The notes: generated by a model not told the origin, from the letters alone. A DNA stretch of 32,000 nucleotides from Vibrio cholerae ATCC 14035 (GCF_000621645.1 NZ_JHXR01000001.1:60001-92000); one strand, 5' to 3'; positions 1-9,749 are shown, counted from the first letter of the stretch. Numbers and translations: made by a program.

Positions 1-654
1 CTGCAGCAAGAGTTTGGCATTGAAGTGCGTGCTTACTTGTCGCAAATGGGGGAGGTCGCGATTGATAAAGTGGATTGGAATGAGATTGAAAACAACGATT
101 TCTTCTGCCCTGATGTCGATAAAGTGGCTGCGTTTGACGAGCTGATCCGCGAGCTGAAAAAAGAAGGCGATTCGATCGGCGCCAAAATCCAAGTGGTTGC
201 TACTGGCGTTCCAGTTGGCTTGGGTGAGCCTGTGTTTGATCGCTTAGATGCGGATATTGCCCATGCCTTGATGAGCATCAACGCCGTGAAAGGAGTCGAG
301 ATTGGTGATGGCTTTGATGTAGTGCGCCAAAAAGGCAGCCAACATCGTGACCCGCTCACTCCACAAGGTTTCCGCTCTAACCATTCCGGTGGCATTTTAG
401 GCGGTATCTCTAGCGGGCAAGATATTGTTGCTAATATTGCGTTGAAGCCAACGTCCAGCATTACCGTGCCGGGTGAAACAATTGATGTTAACGGTGAGCC
501 AACCGAGCTTATCACCAAAGGTCGTCATGACCCTTGTGTGGGGATTCGCGCTGTACCGATTGCAGAAGCCATGTTGGCGATTGTGCTGATGGATCATCTG
601 CTGCGTCATCGTGGTCAGAACCAAGGTGTCGTAACGACAACACCGAAAATTTAG
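1..654 (+). CDS. aroC: chorismate synthase, C-terminal part (5' end lies outside the window)
   Basis: Frame 1 is open from base 1 ([17 protein letters not shown]...), so the CDS starts upstream of the window. It carries AroC-typical segments such as [18 protein letters not shown] and [12 protein letters not shown]. It also has the E. coli-like neighbourhood with epmC, yfcL, mnmC and fabB. Confidence 0.95.
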
Positions 655-680
655 TGATGCGCTAACCCCTGTAAAGAGCC

Positions 681-704
681 CAACGCCCTCGATTGAGGGC
701 GTTG
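681..704. terminator. 10-bp GC-rich hairpin between the convergent aroC and UPF0126 genes
   Basis: CAACGCCCTC-gatt-GAGGGCGTTG is a perfect inverted repeat. Neither side has a clear U-tract, so function as an intrinsic terminator is uncertain. Confidence 0.45.
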
Positions 705-735
705 TCATATCCGCTTAATTTACCGCCGGGGCAGG

Positions 736-1359
736 CTAGTGAATGGAGTTCTCGGTTTCTAAATGGAAAGAGGGCAGACGCCATTTAAAACGCACCGCAG
801 CCATCCGCAAAGTGTAACCGACCACCAGAGTGACCACTGTGCTTACCACATCACTGACACCAAATTCAAGCAAGGCGAGATACAGTCCCGATGCCAACAG
901 AGCAATCGAGGCGTACAACTCTTCATGCAATACCAAAGGTGGTTGACGGCAAATTAAATCGCGCAGCAAACCACCAAACACGCCAGTGACTACCGCAGAA
1001 ACTAAACAGATGCCGGGGTGCAGTCCCATGCGCATCGCCACTTGCGTACCGATGATCGAAAACACAATCAGCCCCAGCGCATCAAGACGAATAAACAGGC
1101 CTTTGAGCTTGATGACCCACTTATAGACCCAAGTGGTCAGTACGCCCGCGACACAAGTAATCGCCAGATATTCAGGATTCTTTACCCAGCCGAGTGGGTA
1201 GTGGCCCAGCAAAATATCGCGCACTGTACCACCGCCAATCGCAGTAGCGCTGGCAACCAGCATGACGCCAAACCAGTCCATTTTGCGACGGCCGGCACTC
1301 AAGGCTCCGGTCATGGCTTCCGCCGTGATCCCAATGATATACAAAACACTCAGCAGCAT
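736..1359 (-). CDS. UPF0126 (YadS/YicG-type) inner-membrane protein with a duplicated domain of the Pfam 'glycine transporter' family
   Basis: 207-aa multi-TM ORF with an internal duplication (GGGTVRDILLG and GVFGGLLRDLI). ATG at 1359 is preceded by GAGGTG. Confidence 0.85.
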   Translation of the reverse strand: MLLSVLYIIGITAEAMTGALSAGRRKMDWFGVMLVASATAIGGGTVRDILLGHYPLGWVKNPEYLAITCVAGVLTTWVYKWVIKLKGLFIRLDALGLIVFSIIGTQVAMRMGLHPGICLVSAVVTGVFGGLLRDLICRQPPLVLHEELYASIALLASGLYLALLEFGVSDVVSTVVTLVVGYTLRMAAVRFKWRLPSFHLETENSIH

Positions 1360-1387
1360 GCATCACCTCATTCAACAGCAGAGGATA

Positions 1388-1509
1388 TATACCCTTCCTA
1401 CTTGAAGCTGCAGCGGTGTTGGCGGCGTTCACTTTCCCTAATCGCTTATCTATGTTCCTAGGGATGAACTTATGGGCCGTCTACCTACAACGCCAAGTAG
1501 TTTGGTATA
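1388..1509. repeat. ERIC/IRU-like imperfect palindromic intergenic repeat (copy 1)
   Basis: Termini are TATACCC...GGTATA. The centre CTTATCTATGTTCCTAGGGATGAAC resembles the ERIC core CTTACTTATGTAAGCTCCTGGGGATTCAC (consensus recalled from memory). Internal arms pair (CTACTTG/CAAGTAG, GGCGGCGTT/AACGCC). It shares GCCGTCTACCT with copy 2 at 9629-9749. Confidence 0.7.
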
Positions 1510-1722
1510 GAAAAATTAAGGCGAAATTCTAGGTTTTATCTTAGGCAATAAACAATGATTTTTTATAAGGTGAAGGTGACTTTAATTAGTAAAACTAATG
1601 TCTTGCTGATAGTTCTCATTCCAATTGATTCCTAATAGAAGCCGATGGTTTGCGGTTTAGCTCTTTACCCGATGAGAAAAAATCTCCAGAATGCACGCCG
1701 TCACCCATATTGACTATGTACT

Positions 1723-2253
1723 ATGAACCATCAATACCAAGACCTCATTGATATTTTCAATCAGACGTTTTACGCCGATTACAACACCAAGCTGGAGTTG
1801 GGCGGCGATGAGCCCATTTATTTACCGGCGGATGAACGAGTCAGTTACCACCGGATTATTTTTGCTCGTGGCTTTTATGCTTCCGCTTTGCATGAAATCG
1901 CTCACTGGTGTGTGGCTGGGCCGCAACGGCGTCTGCTTGAAGATTTTGGTTACTGGTATGAGCCGGATGGTCGTACTGCACAAGTGCAGGCGGAATTTGA
2001 AAAAGTGGAAATTCGTCCGCAAGCTTATGAGTGGATTTTAGCCATAAGCGCAGGCTTTCCCTTTACCGTAAGTTGTGACAACCTCAACGGTGATTTTGAG
2101 CCAGACCGTTTGGCTTTTATGAGCAAGGTACACAGTGAAGTGCTCAAGATTCTTGAACAAGGTTTACCGCAGCGAGTGAAGATGTTGTCGGAGGCGTTAC
2201 GCGCTTTTTACCAAACGCCCGCCTTACTGCCTGAACACTTTGCGGTTAAATAA
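1723..2253 (+). CDS. epmC: elongation factor P hydroxylase (YfcM family)
   Basis: The 176-aa protein contains the HEIAHWC metal-binding-like motif and overall resembles E. coli YfcM/EpmC. Synteny with yfcL, mnmC and fabB matches E. coli. Confidence 0.85.
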   Translation: MNHQYQDLIDIFNQTFYADYNTKLELGGDEPIYLPADERVSYHRIIFARGFYASALHEIAHWCVAGPQRRLLEDFGYWYEPDGRTAQVQAEFEKVEIRPQAYEWILAISAGFPFTVSCDNLNGDFEPDRLAFMSKVHSEVLKILEQGLPQRVKMLSEALRAFYQTPALLPEHFAVK

Positions 2254-2291
2254 CCCTAGGTGAAAACCATTTATCCATTAACGAGAAGCTG

Positions 2292-2555
2292 ATGATTATT
2301 GAATTTGAAGAGAAACTGCTGGATCTGATTGATGCACAAGTCGTTAACGCGTCCAGTGATGAGCTGTTTGCGGGTGGCTATTTACGTGGACACATTTCAC
2401 TTTCTGCGGCGCAGTGTGAAGAGGAAGGGATCACCGAACTTGATGTGCTCAAGCAACGCATTGAGCAAAGTTTAGAGGCGGCACGCTCAGAGTTGAGCCC
2501 TGCCGACCGCGCGATTGTGGCTGAGCTTTGGCAACAGCTGGCCGCGCAGGCGTAA
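2292..2555 (+). CDS. yfcL: YfcL family small protein
   Basis: The 87-aa ORF begins MIIEFEEKLLDLID...SDELFAGGYLRGH, like E. coli YfcL. It sits between epmC and mnmC. Confidence 0.75.
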   Translation: MIIEFEEKLLDLIDAQVVNASSDELFAGGYLRGHISLSAAQCEEEGITELDVLKQRIEQSLEAARSELSPADRAIVAELWQQLAAQA

Positions 2556-2572
2556 CCAAACCATCCAGTTTG

Positions 2573-2640
2573 ATCGCGAAAGCCACTATCATTAGGGCAA
2601 GCAGTAGGGCAAGGCTTTCGCGATTTCCCACGTTTTCGCT
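2573..2640 (+). terminator. possible yfcL terminator: 12-bp perfect stem with a 28-nt loop and a weak T-tract
   Basis: ATCGCGAAAGCC (2573-2584) pairs with GGCTTTCGCGAT (2613-2624). The downstream sequence is TTCCCACGTTTTCGC. The large loop and interrupted U-tract make this tentative. Confidence 0.35.
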
Positions 2641-2762
2641 CCACTCTCCAGTGCTAAAAGTGAGTTGTTCAAACTTTCTGAACAACTAAGTAAAAAAATC
2701 AGGATTGTTGCGCATCCATTTCCCGACTAATCTTGCTTTAACACTAGTCAGGGGAAACCACC

Positions 2763-3290
2763 ATGAAAATTATTGCCTTCGGTGCCAGCACCAGCTCAAC
2801 ATCTATTAATAAAGCGCTTGCCACTTTTACCGCCAATCTTGTCGATGGCGCACAGGTACAAGTGCTGAATATTAACGATTATTCTGTACCTATGTTCAGC
2901 GAAGATCTGGAAAAAGAGATCGGTCAAGCGGAAGGAGCCCAAGCCTTTTTACGCGACCTTGCACAAGCAGATGCTTTCGTGATTTCGTTTGCTGAACACA
3001 ATGGTCACTACCCTGCGGCGTACAAAAACCTGTTCGATTGGGCAACTCGTATCAATCGCGCTCTGTTTGGTGATAAGCCAGCGGTGTACCTGTCTACTTC
3101 TCCAGGCCCTGGTGGTGCGAAGTCCGTGCTTGCTGCCGCTACCGCTTCAGCGCCTTTCTTTGGGGGGAACGTAAAAGCATCGGTTTCAGTGCCTAGCTTC
3201 TACGATAACTTCGATCTCGAGCAAGGGGTTGTGACCAAGCCTGAGATTGTTGCTGAGCTGAAAGCGGCGGTGGCTAAGCTCTCTGCCTAA
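2763..3290 (+). CDS. NAD(P)H-dependent FMN reductase-family oxidoreductase (flavodoxin-like fold)
   Basis: The 175-aa ORF starts MKIIAFGASTSSTSINK and contains FAEHNGHYPAAYKNLFDW, both typical of the FMN_red family. AGGGGA lies upstream of the ATG. Confidence 0.8.
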   Translation: MKIIAFGASTSSTSINKALATFTANLVDGAQVQVLNINDYSVPMFSEDLEKEIGQAEGAQAFLRDLAQADAFVISFAEHNGHYPAAYKNLFDWATRINRALFGDKPAVYLSTSPGPGGAKSVLAAATASAPFFGGNVKASVSVPSFYDNFDLEQGVVTKPEIVAELKAAVAKLSA

Positions 3291-3320
3291 GAAAAATTGT
3301 CCATTAAGTCCTAAATGTCG

Positions 3321-3346
3321 AAAGCCTCGCACTGCGAGGCTTTTTT
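3321..3346. terminator. bidirectional rho-independent terminator (FMN-reductase gene / mnmC)
   Basis: AAA-GCCTCGC-act-GCGAGGC-TTTTTT lies between convergent genes. Confidence 0.8.
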
Positions 3347-3367
3347 GATCGGCGGTGATTGCCTTTA

Positions 3368-5383
3368 TCAGACTTTTTGTGTGAGCGCTTTGCCTTTACG
3401 CAGCTTTCGAACCCACATCCGACTAGGGTGTAACTGTTCGAGCAAATCTACGCCTAGTGGCATGGGGTCGCCACACATTTGCGAAGCAAGAAGTTCTGCC
3501 ATCAGCGGCGCGCTACTTAAACCGCGTGAGCCAAGCCCGACCAACGCATAAAGTTGCGGATAGAGCGCGATTGGCTCGGCTTCTTGCTGCTGAGCTAAAT
3601 CGCGATATTGCTCGGTGATTTTCGAAAATTCGCCGACATTGCCGACAAAAGGCAGATGATCGCGACTCACACAGCGCACGCCTTGGCGTGATTGATTGCC
3701 GCCGACATCCACTTCCAATGGCCAAGTTTGCTCAGGCAAGCAGTGAATTAGCTTTTGTGCATTTTCGCGTTGTGCTTGCGGATCAAAAGTCGCATCAAGG
3801 TGCTGGCGATCATAACTTGCGCCAATACAGTGATACCCATTTTGTTGGCTGACCGGAGTCATATAACCATCGTAACAGAGCACGCTGTTGATTTTGCTCA
3901 GCGTCTCTGTGGTCGGGATGTGGCTCACTTGGCCTTTCACTTTGCCAAGTGGTAACTCTGCGGTTTGTGACAGGCTGTCAAATTGATGGCCACTGGCAAT
4001 CACCACACACTGATGTGACATGAGTGTGTCGCCACTGCGCAGTTGCCACAGTTGAGTCTCTGGCTGCCAAGTCAATTCATCAATCGGAGTCTGATAATGC
4101 GCAGTGAGCTTGCCCTGCTGCGCTAAAAGATGGATTAAGCCTTGAGTCAGCTCTGCTGGGCAGAGCCAGCCTCCGAGCGGATAATGCACACTGGCTTTAT
4201 CCACTGGCACGCCGACTTGTTGATTGGTTTGCTCTGCGGATAAACCACGCACTAATTGTGTTGGGAAATCCCCCTCAAGCATGCTCTTGAGTTTGTCCGT
4301 TGCTTTTTCATCCCACATTAATTGAGTCACGCCGCACCAATCGTGGTCAAAGTTTATCTGCTCCGCCGCTTGTTCAATCCATTGGCGGGCAAACAGAAAG
4401 GCAGGCGCAAACACTCGTGAAACCGCGTTGTGATCGCCACTGAGTAGCGGATAGACCGCGCCTTGTCGGTTACCGGATGCACCTTGCGCTGGTTTCTCAT
4501 CGGCGCAGTAAAGCGTGACGGCAACACCGCGTCTGGCTAAGGTTGTCGCTAGCGTGGCACTGGCGATACCACCGCCGATGATGGCCACCTCTTGTAGGCC
4601 GTGAGTGGCCTCAAAACGAAATTCGGGTGCGATATTGGTGTAAGGTACTTTTTCACTCAGGCTGCCGGCGATCATTTCACGCTTAGTGCCAAAGCCTTTG
4701 ACCTTTTTCATCGCAAAACCCGCGTCAATCAAGCCGCGGCGGACAAAGCCAGCCGAAGTAAAGGTGGCGCAGGTACAGCCATGTTTCGCCAGTTTCGCCA
4801 TACCTGCAAACAGGCCTTGATTCCACATCTCGGGGTTTTTGCTGGGAGCAAAACCATCGAGGAACCATGCATCCACTAAGCCTTGCTCTTGTGTTGCGAC
4901 TTTCGGCAGGCAGTCTTTGATATCGCCAAACCAGAGATCGAGCGTGATGAGCCCATCATCCAACACAATCCGTTGGCATTCTGGAATGGCTAACGGGTAG
5001 TGCTTATGCAGTTTTTGTGCGAATTGCGCCAGCTCCGGCCACGCTTGATGCGCTTGAATTAAATCGCTTTTACTGAGCGGGTATTTTTCAAAACTGATGA
5101 AATGCAGCTCTTTGAGTTTGGCATCGGGATTGGCTTCACGAAACGCGACAAACGCTTGCCACACCGCCAGAAAATTCAGGCCAGTACCGAAGCCAGTTTC
5201 TGCAATCACAAATCGTCTTTGGTCATCGTTGTGCCATCTTTGTGGGAGATGATTCTGCTCAAGGAACACATAGCGCGTCTCAGCCAGACCATTGACGTTA
5301 GAGAAATAAACATCGTCAAATTGATCGGAGACGGGGGTTCCTGCGTCGTTCCAGCCAAGCTGGGCGTGTGAAATGGATGACAT
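3368..5383 (-). CDS. mnmC: bifunctional tRNA (mnm5s2U34) methyltransferase / FAD-dependent cmnm5s2U34 oxidoreductase
   Basis: The N-terminal methyltransferase half contains [13 protein letters not shown] and [10 protein letters not shown]. The C-terminal half has the FAD dinucleotide fold [14 protein letters not shown]. The ORF-track start at 5392 is TTG, and I prefer the ATG at 5383 (MSSISHAQL...). Confidence 0.92.
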   Translation of the reverse strand: MSSISHAQLGWNDAGTPVSDQFDDVYFSNVNGLAETRYVFLEQNHLPQRWHNDDQRRFVIAETGFGTGLNFLAVWQAFVAFREANPDAKLKELHFISFEKYPLSKSDLIQAHQAWPELAQFAQKLHKHYPLAIPECQRIVLDDGLITLDLWFGDIKDCLPKVATQEQGLVDAWFLDGFAPSKNPEMWNQGLFAGMAKLAKHGCTCATFTSAGFVRRGLIDAGFAMKKVKGFGTKREMIAGSLSEKVPYTNIAPEFRFEATHGLQEVAIIGGGIASATLATTLARRGVAVTLYCADEKPAQGASGNRQGAVYPLLSGDHNAVSRVFAPAFLFARQWIEQAAEQINFDHDWCGVTQLMWDEKATDKLKSMLEGDFPTQLVRGLSAEQTNQQVGVPVDKASVHYPLGGWLCPAELTQGLIHLLAQQGKLTAHYQTPIDELTWQPETQLWQLRSGDTLMSHQCVVIASGHQFDSLSQTAELPLGKVKGQVSHIPTTETLSKINSVLCYDGYMTPVSQQNGYHCIGASYDRQHLDATFDPQAQRENAQKLIHCLPEQTWPLEVDVGGNQSRQGVRCVSRDHLPFVGNVGEFSKITEQYRDLAQQQEAEPIALYPQLYALVGLGSRGLSSAPLMAELLASQMCGDPMPLGVDLLEQLHPSRMWVRKLRKGKALTQKV

Positions 5384-5509
5384 AATGAACAAATTCTATG
5401 AAATCAGGCTGAATATGGCTCGAGATTGTACGAATTTATGGGAAAGCTGACCACTTCTGTTATCCTTCTTCGATATCATCTAGCCAAATTTACATAATAG
5501 GAATGTTAC

Positions 5510-6721
5510 ATGAAACGAGTCGTCATCACCGGTATGGGTATTATTTCGAGTATCGGTAACAACGTCGAAGAAGTTTTGGCCTCACTAAAAGCTGGCAAGT
5601 CAGGCATCACCGCCTCTGAACAGTTTAAAGAGCATGGTTTGCGTTCACAGGTTTGGGGCGATTTAAAAATCAACCCAGAAGAACATATCGATCGTAAGCA
5701 AATGCGCTTTATGGGTGATGCGGCTGCGTATGCATACCTATCTCTTGAACAAGCGATTGCTGATGCGGGTTTAACCCCTGAGCAAGTGTCGAACGACCGT
5801 ACTGGTATCGTTGCTGGCTCTGGTGGCGCATCTTCTGAAAACCAAGTTATCGCAGTCGATACTCAGCGTGAAAAAGGCGTAAAACGCGTGGGTCCTTACA
5901 TGGTGCCTCGTACCATGTCTTCTACCGTTTCTGCGTGTTTGGCTACGCCATTCAAAATTCGCGGTGTGAACTACTCAATCAGCTCAGCTTGCGCGACTTC
6001 GGCGCACTGTATTGGTAACGCGGTTGAGCTTATCCAACTGGGCAAGCAAGACATCGTGTTTGCTGGTGGTGGTGAAGAGCTGTACTGGTCACAAACCATG
6101 ATGTTTGATGCGATGGGCGCACTATCCACCAAATACAACGAAACACCAGAAAAAGCGTCGCGCACTTACGATGCCGATCGTGATGGTTTCGTGATCTCTG
6201 GCGGCGGCGGCATGGTGGTGGTTGAAGAGTTGGAACACGCTCTGGCGCGCGGCGCAAAAATTTACGGTGAAATCGTCGGTTACGGCGCGACTTCCGATGG
6301 CTACGACATGGTTGCTCCATCGGGTGAAGGCGCTATCCGTTGTATGAAAATGGCGATGCAAGGCGTGGATAAGATTGATTACATCAACACCCACGGCACA
6401 TCAACCCCAGTCGGTGATGTGAAAGAACTGGGTGCAATCCAAGAAGTGTTTGGCGGCAATAGCCCAGCGATTTCTGCAACCAAAGCGATGACCGGTCACG
6501 CATTGGGCGCTGCGGGTGTGCATGAAGCCATCTACTCAACACTGATGCTGCACCACGGCTTTATCGCTCCAAGTATTAACATTGATACCTTGGATGAAGC
6601 GGCGCAAGGTCTGGATATTGTGACGGAACTGCGTGAGCAAGAGCTGACTACTGTGATGTCTAACAGCTTTGGTTTTGGTGGTACAAACGCAACTTTGGTT
6701 ATCAAAAAATACCAAGGTTAA
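5510..6721 (+). CDS. fabB: 3-oxoacyl-ACP synthase I (KAS I)
   Basis: 403 aa with the active-site Cys context [12 protein letters not shown] and the His motifs HGTSTPVGD and GHALGAAG. It is divergent from mnmC as in E. coli. Confidence 0.95.
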   Translation: MKRVVITGMGIISSIGNNVEEVLASLKAGKSGITASEQFKEHGLRSQVWGDLKINPEEHIDRKQMRFMGDAAAYAYLSLEQAIADAGLTPEQVSNDRTGIVAGSGGASSENQVIAVDTQREKGVKRVGPYMVPRTMSSTVSACLATPFKIRGVNYSISSACATSAHCIGNAVELIQLGKQDIVFAGGGEELYWSQTMMFDAMGALSTKYNETPEKASRTYDADRDGFVISGGGGMVVVEELEHALARGAKIYGEIVGYGATSDGYDMVAPSGEGAIRCMKMAMQGVDKIDYINTHGTSTPVGDVKELGAIQEVFGGNSPAISATKAMTGHALGAAGVHEAIYSTLMLHHGFIAPSINIDTLDEAAQGLDIVTELREQELTTVMSNSFGFGGTNATLVIKKYQG

Positions 6722-6860
6722 GCGCACCAGATCCAACACAGTTTCCAGAACAGATTAGTTTCGCTAATCGAACAGACGCAGACTCTGTCCCATGGAGAGC
6801 GGGATAGGATCCTTTTGTTCTGGATGTTTGCCCGGCGGCCTAGGTCGTCGGGTATTTTTA
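6722..6860 (+). ncRNA. farS: fabB 3' UTR with terminator; position matches the published V. cholerae 3'UTR-derived sRNA FarS (5' end not determinable from sequence)
   Basis: About 140 nt of non-coding sequence follows the fabB stop. It contains internal hairpins (GATTAG-tttcg-CTAATC at 6753-6769) and ends in an intrinsic terminator at 6831-6860. The FarS assignment rests on published knowledge (Huber et al. 2020), not on sequence recall. Confidence 0.5.
6831..6860 (+). terminator. rho-independent terminator of fabB / FarS
   Basis: CCCGGCG-gcctaggt-CGTCGGG forms a 7-bp stem including one G-U pair, followed by TATTTTTA. Confidence 0.7.
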
Positions 6861-6924
6861 TTCTCGACAGCCTCCGTGCTTTTCTGCACAATGCCTGCAA
6901 CTTTGATTGCCGCAAATTCCCACT

Positions 6925-8070
6925 ATGAAAATTCTGATTGATGAGAACATGCCTTACGCTCAAGCGCTGTTTAGTCAGCTTGGCGAAGTGATCTTAAAAC
7001 CCGGCCGTACCTTAACCGCCGATGATCTGATTGATGTCGATGCCTTAATGATTCGCTCAGTCACCAAAGTCAATGAAGCTCTCCTTGCTAAAGCGAATCG
7101 CTTGAAGTTCGTGGGTACCGCGACCGCGGGTATGGACCATGTTGACCAAGCTCTGTTAAGAGAGCGTGGCATCTTCTTCACGGCGGCTCCTGGCTGTAAC
7201 AAAGTCGGTGTTGCGGAATACGTGTTCAGCGTGCTCATGGTGCTTGCGCAGCAGCAAGGGTTCTCGGTTTTCGATAAAACGGTAGGCATCATCGGTGCTG
7301 GCCAAGTGGGTAGCTATCTTGCGAAGTGTCTCTCTGGCATTGGCATGAAAGTGCTGCTCAATGATCCGCCTAAGCAAGCGCAAGGGGATGAGCGAGAATT
7401 TACCGAGCTGGAAACCTTACTTAAACAAGCAGATGTGATCACCCTGCATACGCCGATTACCCGCGACGGTGAGTGGCCAACCCATCATCTGATTGATGCG
7501 GCAATTCTTGAGCAACTGCGCAGTGACCAGATTTTAATTAATGCGGCGCGTGGCCCTGTAGTGGATAACGCGGCGCTGAAAGCGCGTTTACAGAAAGGCG
7601 ATGGTTTTACCGCTGTATTAGACGTGTTTGAGTTTGAACCGCAAGTGGATATGGAATTGCTACCGCTGCTCGCATTTGCCACTCCGCATATTGCCGGTTA
7701 TGGCCTTGAAGGTAAGGCGCGTGGTACCACCATGATTTTCAATAGCTACTGCGAGTTTCTTGGCAGTGCACACTGTGCAAACCCAGCAAGCTTGTTACCC
7801 AAAGCGCCTGTGCCCAAAGTTTATCTAGACCGAGCATGGGACGAGGAAACACTGCGTACGCTAACTCAAATTATTTATGATGTGCGTAAAGATGACGCAC
7901 AGTTTCGCCGCGAGATTCACCAACCCGGAGCGTTTGACTTAATGCGCAAACACTATTGGGATAGACGTGAATACAGCGCGGTGACACTAGCTGGAGGCGC
8001 TGATTGTCATTTGGCTCCTTTGGCTAAACTCGGTTTTCAAGTAGAGGTATGTGATGAGCCAACAATTTAA
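6925..8070 (+). CDS. pdxB: erythronate-4-phosphate dehydrogenase
   Basis: [22 protein letters not shown] matches the E. coli PdxB N-terminus. The NAD-binding motif is [12 protein letters not shown]. The ORF-track start at 6907 is TTG, and the ATG at 6925 is preferred. Confidence 0.93.
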   Translation: MKILIDENMPYAQALFSQLGEVILKPGRTLTADDLIDVDALMIRSVTKVNEALLAKANRLKFVGTATAGMDHVDQALLRERGIFFTAAPGCNKVGVAEYVFSVLMVLAQQQGFSVFDKTVGIIGAGQVGSYLAKCLSGIGMKVLLNDPPKQAQGDEREFTELETLLKQADVITLHTPITRDGEWPTHHLIDAAILEQLRSDQILINAARGPVVDNAALKARLQKGDGFTAVLDVFEFEPQVDMELLPLLAFATPHIAGYGLEGKARGTTMIFNSYCEFLGSAHCANPASLLPKAPVPKVYLDRAWDEETLRTLTQIIYDVRKDDAQFRREIHQPGAFDLMRKHYWDRREYSAVTLAGGADCHLAPLAKLGFQVEVCDEPTI

Positions 8071-9067
8071 TGTTGCCATTTTTGGCGCAACCGGCGCTGT
8101 AGGCGAAACCATGTTGGAAGTACTGCAGGAGCGTGAGTTTCCTGTGGATGAACTTTTCCTGCTGGCCAGTGAGCGCAGTGAGGGAAAAACCTATCGCTTC
8201 AACGGTAAAACCGTGCGTGTGCAAAATGTCGAAGAATTTGACTGGTCGCAAGTGCATATTGCGCTGTTTTCTGCCGGTGGTGAGCTTTCTGCCAAGTGGG
8301 CTCCGATTGCCGCAGAAGCGGGTGTCGTGGTGATCGACAACACTTCACATTTCCGTTACGACTACGACATTCCTCTTGTAGTACCTGAAGTGAACCCAGA
8401 GGCGATTGCCGAATTTCGTAACCGCAATATTATTGCTAACCCAAACTGCTCAACCATTCAGATGCTTGTCGCGCTAAAGCCGATTTACGATGCGGTGGGG
8501 ATTGAACGTATTAACGTGACGACTTACCAATCGGTCTCAGGTGCTGGGAAAGCTGGGATTGATGAGTTAGCAGGACAAACCGCTAAACTGCTCAATGGCT
8601 ATCCAGCGGAAACACAAGCATTTAGTCAGCAGATCGCGTTTAACTGTATTCCACAAATCGATCAGTTTATGGACAACGGTTATACCAAAGAAGAGATGAA
8701 GATGGTGTGGGAAACCCAGAAAATCTTCAATGATCCTTCAATCATGGTCAACCCAACGTGCGTACGTGTACCGGTATTCTACGGTCATGCGGAAGCCGTA
8801 CATGTGGAAACTCGCGCGCCAATTGATGCTGAGCAAGTGATGGATATGCTAGAGCAAACCGATGGTATTGAGCTGTTCCGCGGTGCGGATTTTCCAACGC
8901 AAGTGCGTGATGCTGGCGGTAAAGACCATGTGTTGGTTGGGCGTGTAAGAAATGACATTAGCCACCATAGTGGAATCAACTTGTGGGTAGTGGCGGATAA
9001 CGTGCGTAAAGGTGCTGCCACCAATGCGGTGCAAATTGCAGAGCTGCTCGTACGCGATTACTTCTAA
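8054..9067 (+). CDS. asd: aspartate-semialdehyde dehydrogenase, second (Gram-positive-like / Usg-position) isoform
   Basis: Contains the NAD(P) motif FGATGAVG and the active-site Cys context [13 protein letters not shown] at 8044-8047 lies 6 nt upstream of the ATG at 8054. The CDS overlaps the pdxB 3' end by 17 nt. Confidence 0.93.
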   Translation: MSQQFNVAIFGATGAVGETMLEVLQEREFPVDELFLLASERSEGKTYRFNGKTVRVQNVEEFDWSQVHIALFSAGGELSAKWAPIAAEAGVVVIDNTSHFRYDYDIPLVVPEVNPEAIAEFRNRNIIANPNCSTIQMLVALKPIYDAVGIERINVTTYQSVSGAGKAGIDELAGQTAKLLNGYPAETQAFSQQIAFNCIPQIDQFMDNGYTKEEMKMVWETQKIFNDPSIMVNPTCVRVPVFYGHAEAVHVETRAPIDAEQVMDMLEQTDGIELFRGADFPTQVRDAGGKDHVLVGRVRNDISHHSGINLWVVADNVRKGAATNAVQIAELLVRDYF

Positions 9068-9084
9068 GCTTTTCATCAAGTTAT

Positions 9085-9111
9085 AAAAAACCCACCATTC
9101 GGTGGGTTTTT
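9085..9111. terminator. bidirectional rho-independent terminator (asd / fur)
   Basis: AAAAAA-CCCACC-attc-GGTGGG-TTTTT lies between convergent genes. Confidence 0.85.
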
Positions 9112-9148
9112 ACTATCTGGTTCGGTTTACAGAGCGTAAAGCCTATGG

Positions 9149-9601
9149 TTATTTCTTCGGCTTGTGAGCGTTAGGATTGTCTTTGCAGCTACCATCACTG
9201 CCACATTTGCCGTACAAATAGAGGCTGTGGTTAGTCAGTTGCACATTGTATTTCGCCGCGATCTCTTTTTGACGTTGTTCAATCACATCGTCAGAAAACT
9301 CGATGACTTCGCCACAATCTAAACAGACTAGGTGGTCATGGTGATGCTGAGTTGAAAGCTCAAATACTGACTTGCCGCCTTCAAAATGGTGACGAGTGAC
9401 GATACCAGCATCATCAAATTGGTTGAGAACACGGTACACTGTGGCAAGACCAATCTCTTCGCTGAGATCAATCAACTTTTTGTACAGCTCTTCAGCACTA
9501 ATATGTTGGCACTCTGGCTGTTGTAAAACTTCTAAAATCTTAAGCCGTGGGAGGGTAACTTTAAGACCAGCATCCTTTAGCGCTTGGTTATTGTCTGACA
9601 T
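9149..9601 (-). CDS. fur: ferric uptake regulator
   Basis: 150 aa running from MSDNNQALKDAGLKVTLPRLKILEVL through HHHDHLVCLDCGEVIEF to the GKCGSDGSCKDNPNAHKPKK tail, as I recall for V. cholerae Fur. The ATG at 9601 has an AGGAAAG Shine-Dalgarno. The track's 186-aa version begins with an upstream GTG inside a repeat element. Confidence 0.97.
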   Translation of the reverse strand: MSDNNQALKDAGLKVTLPRLKILEVLQQPECQHISAEELYKKLIDLSEEIGLATVYRVLNQFDDAGIVTRHHFEGGKSVFELSTQHHHDHLVCLDCGEVIEFSDDVIEQRQKEIAAKYNVQLTNHSLYLYGKCGSDGSCKDNPNAHKPKK

Positions 9602-9628
9602 ATACTTTCCTGTTGATGTTCTGCAGTG

Positions 9629-9749
9629 ATACATCCGTTCTACATGAAATGGCAATCGTATTGGCTGCGTTGTCAAACCCACCTCAACCGTTGCTGTAGT
9701 GGGGATCACTCACTTGCCGTCTACCTGCATCTCAATTCGTTTGGGTATA
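9629..9749. repeat. ERIC/IRU-like imperfect palindromic intergenic repeat (copy 2), in the fur leader/promoter region
   Basis: The right half GGGGATCACTCACTTGCCGTCTACCTGCATCTCAATTCGTTTGGGTATA closely parallels the ERIC consensus GGGGATTCACTCGCTTGCCGCCTTCCTGCAACTCGAATTATTTAGGGTATA (recalled from memory). The left half contains GGCTGCGTT and a degenerate ATACATCCGT terminus. It shares GCCGTCTACCT with copy 1. Confidence 0.7.

Noticed and set aside
1018-1461. 147-aa plus-strand ORF and other small ORFs overlapping the UPF0126 gene
   Set aside because: It is antisense to a well-supported membrane-protein gene, and its product is hydrophilic low-complexity sequence with no homology.
1360-1560. 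Possible glycine riboswitch upstream of the UPF0126 ('glycine transporter' family) gene
   Set aside because: The minus-strand leader lacks the conserved GGAGAG...ACCGAAGGGGCAA...CTCAGGCAAAAGGAC cores. The structure present is explained by the ERIC-like palindrome.
5445-5461. FadR-operator-like sequence AGCTGACCACTTCTGTT upstream of fabB, and a TTGTACG half-site (5427-5433) reminiscent of FabR boxes
   Set aside because: Only about 9 of 14 informative positions match ANCTGGTCNGACNTGTT. This is plausible given known FadR activation of fabB, but it is not strong enough to annotate.
9149-9709. 186-aa version of the fur ORF with a 36-codon N-terminal extension
   Set aside because: The extension starts at a GTG inside the ERIC-like repeat and has no homology to Fur N-termini. 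The ATG at 9601 gives the canonical 150-aa Fur and has a good Shine-Dalgarno.
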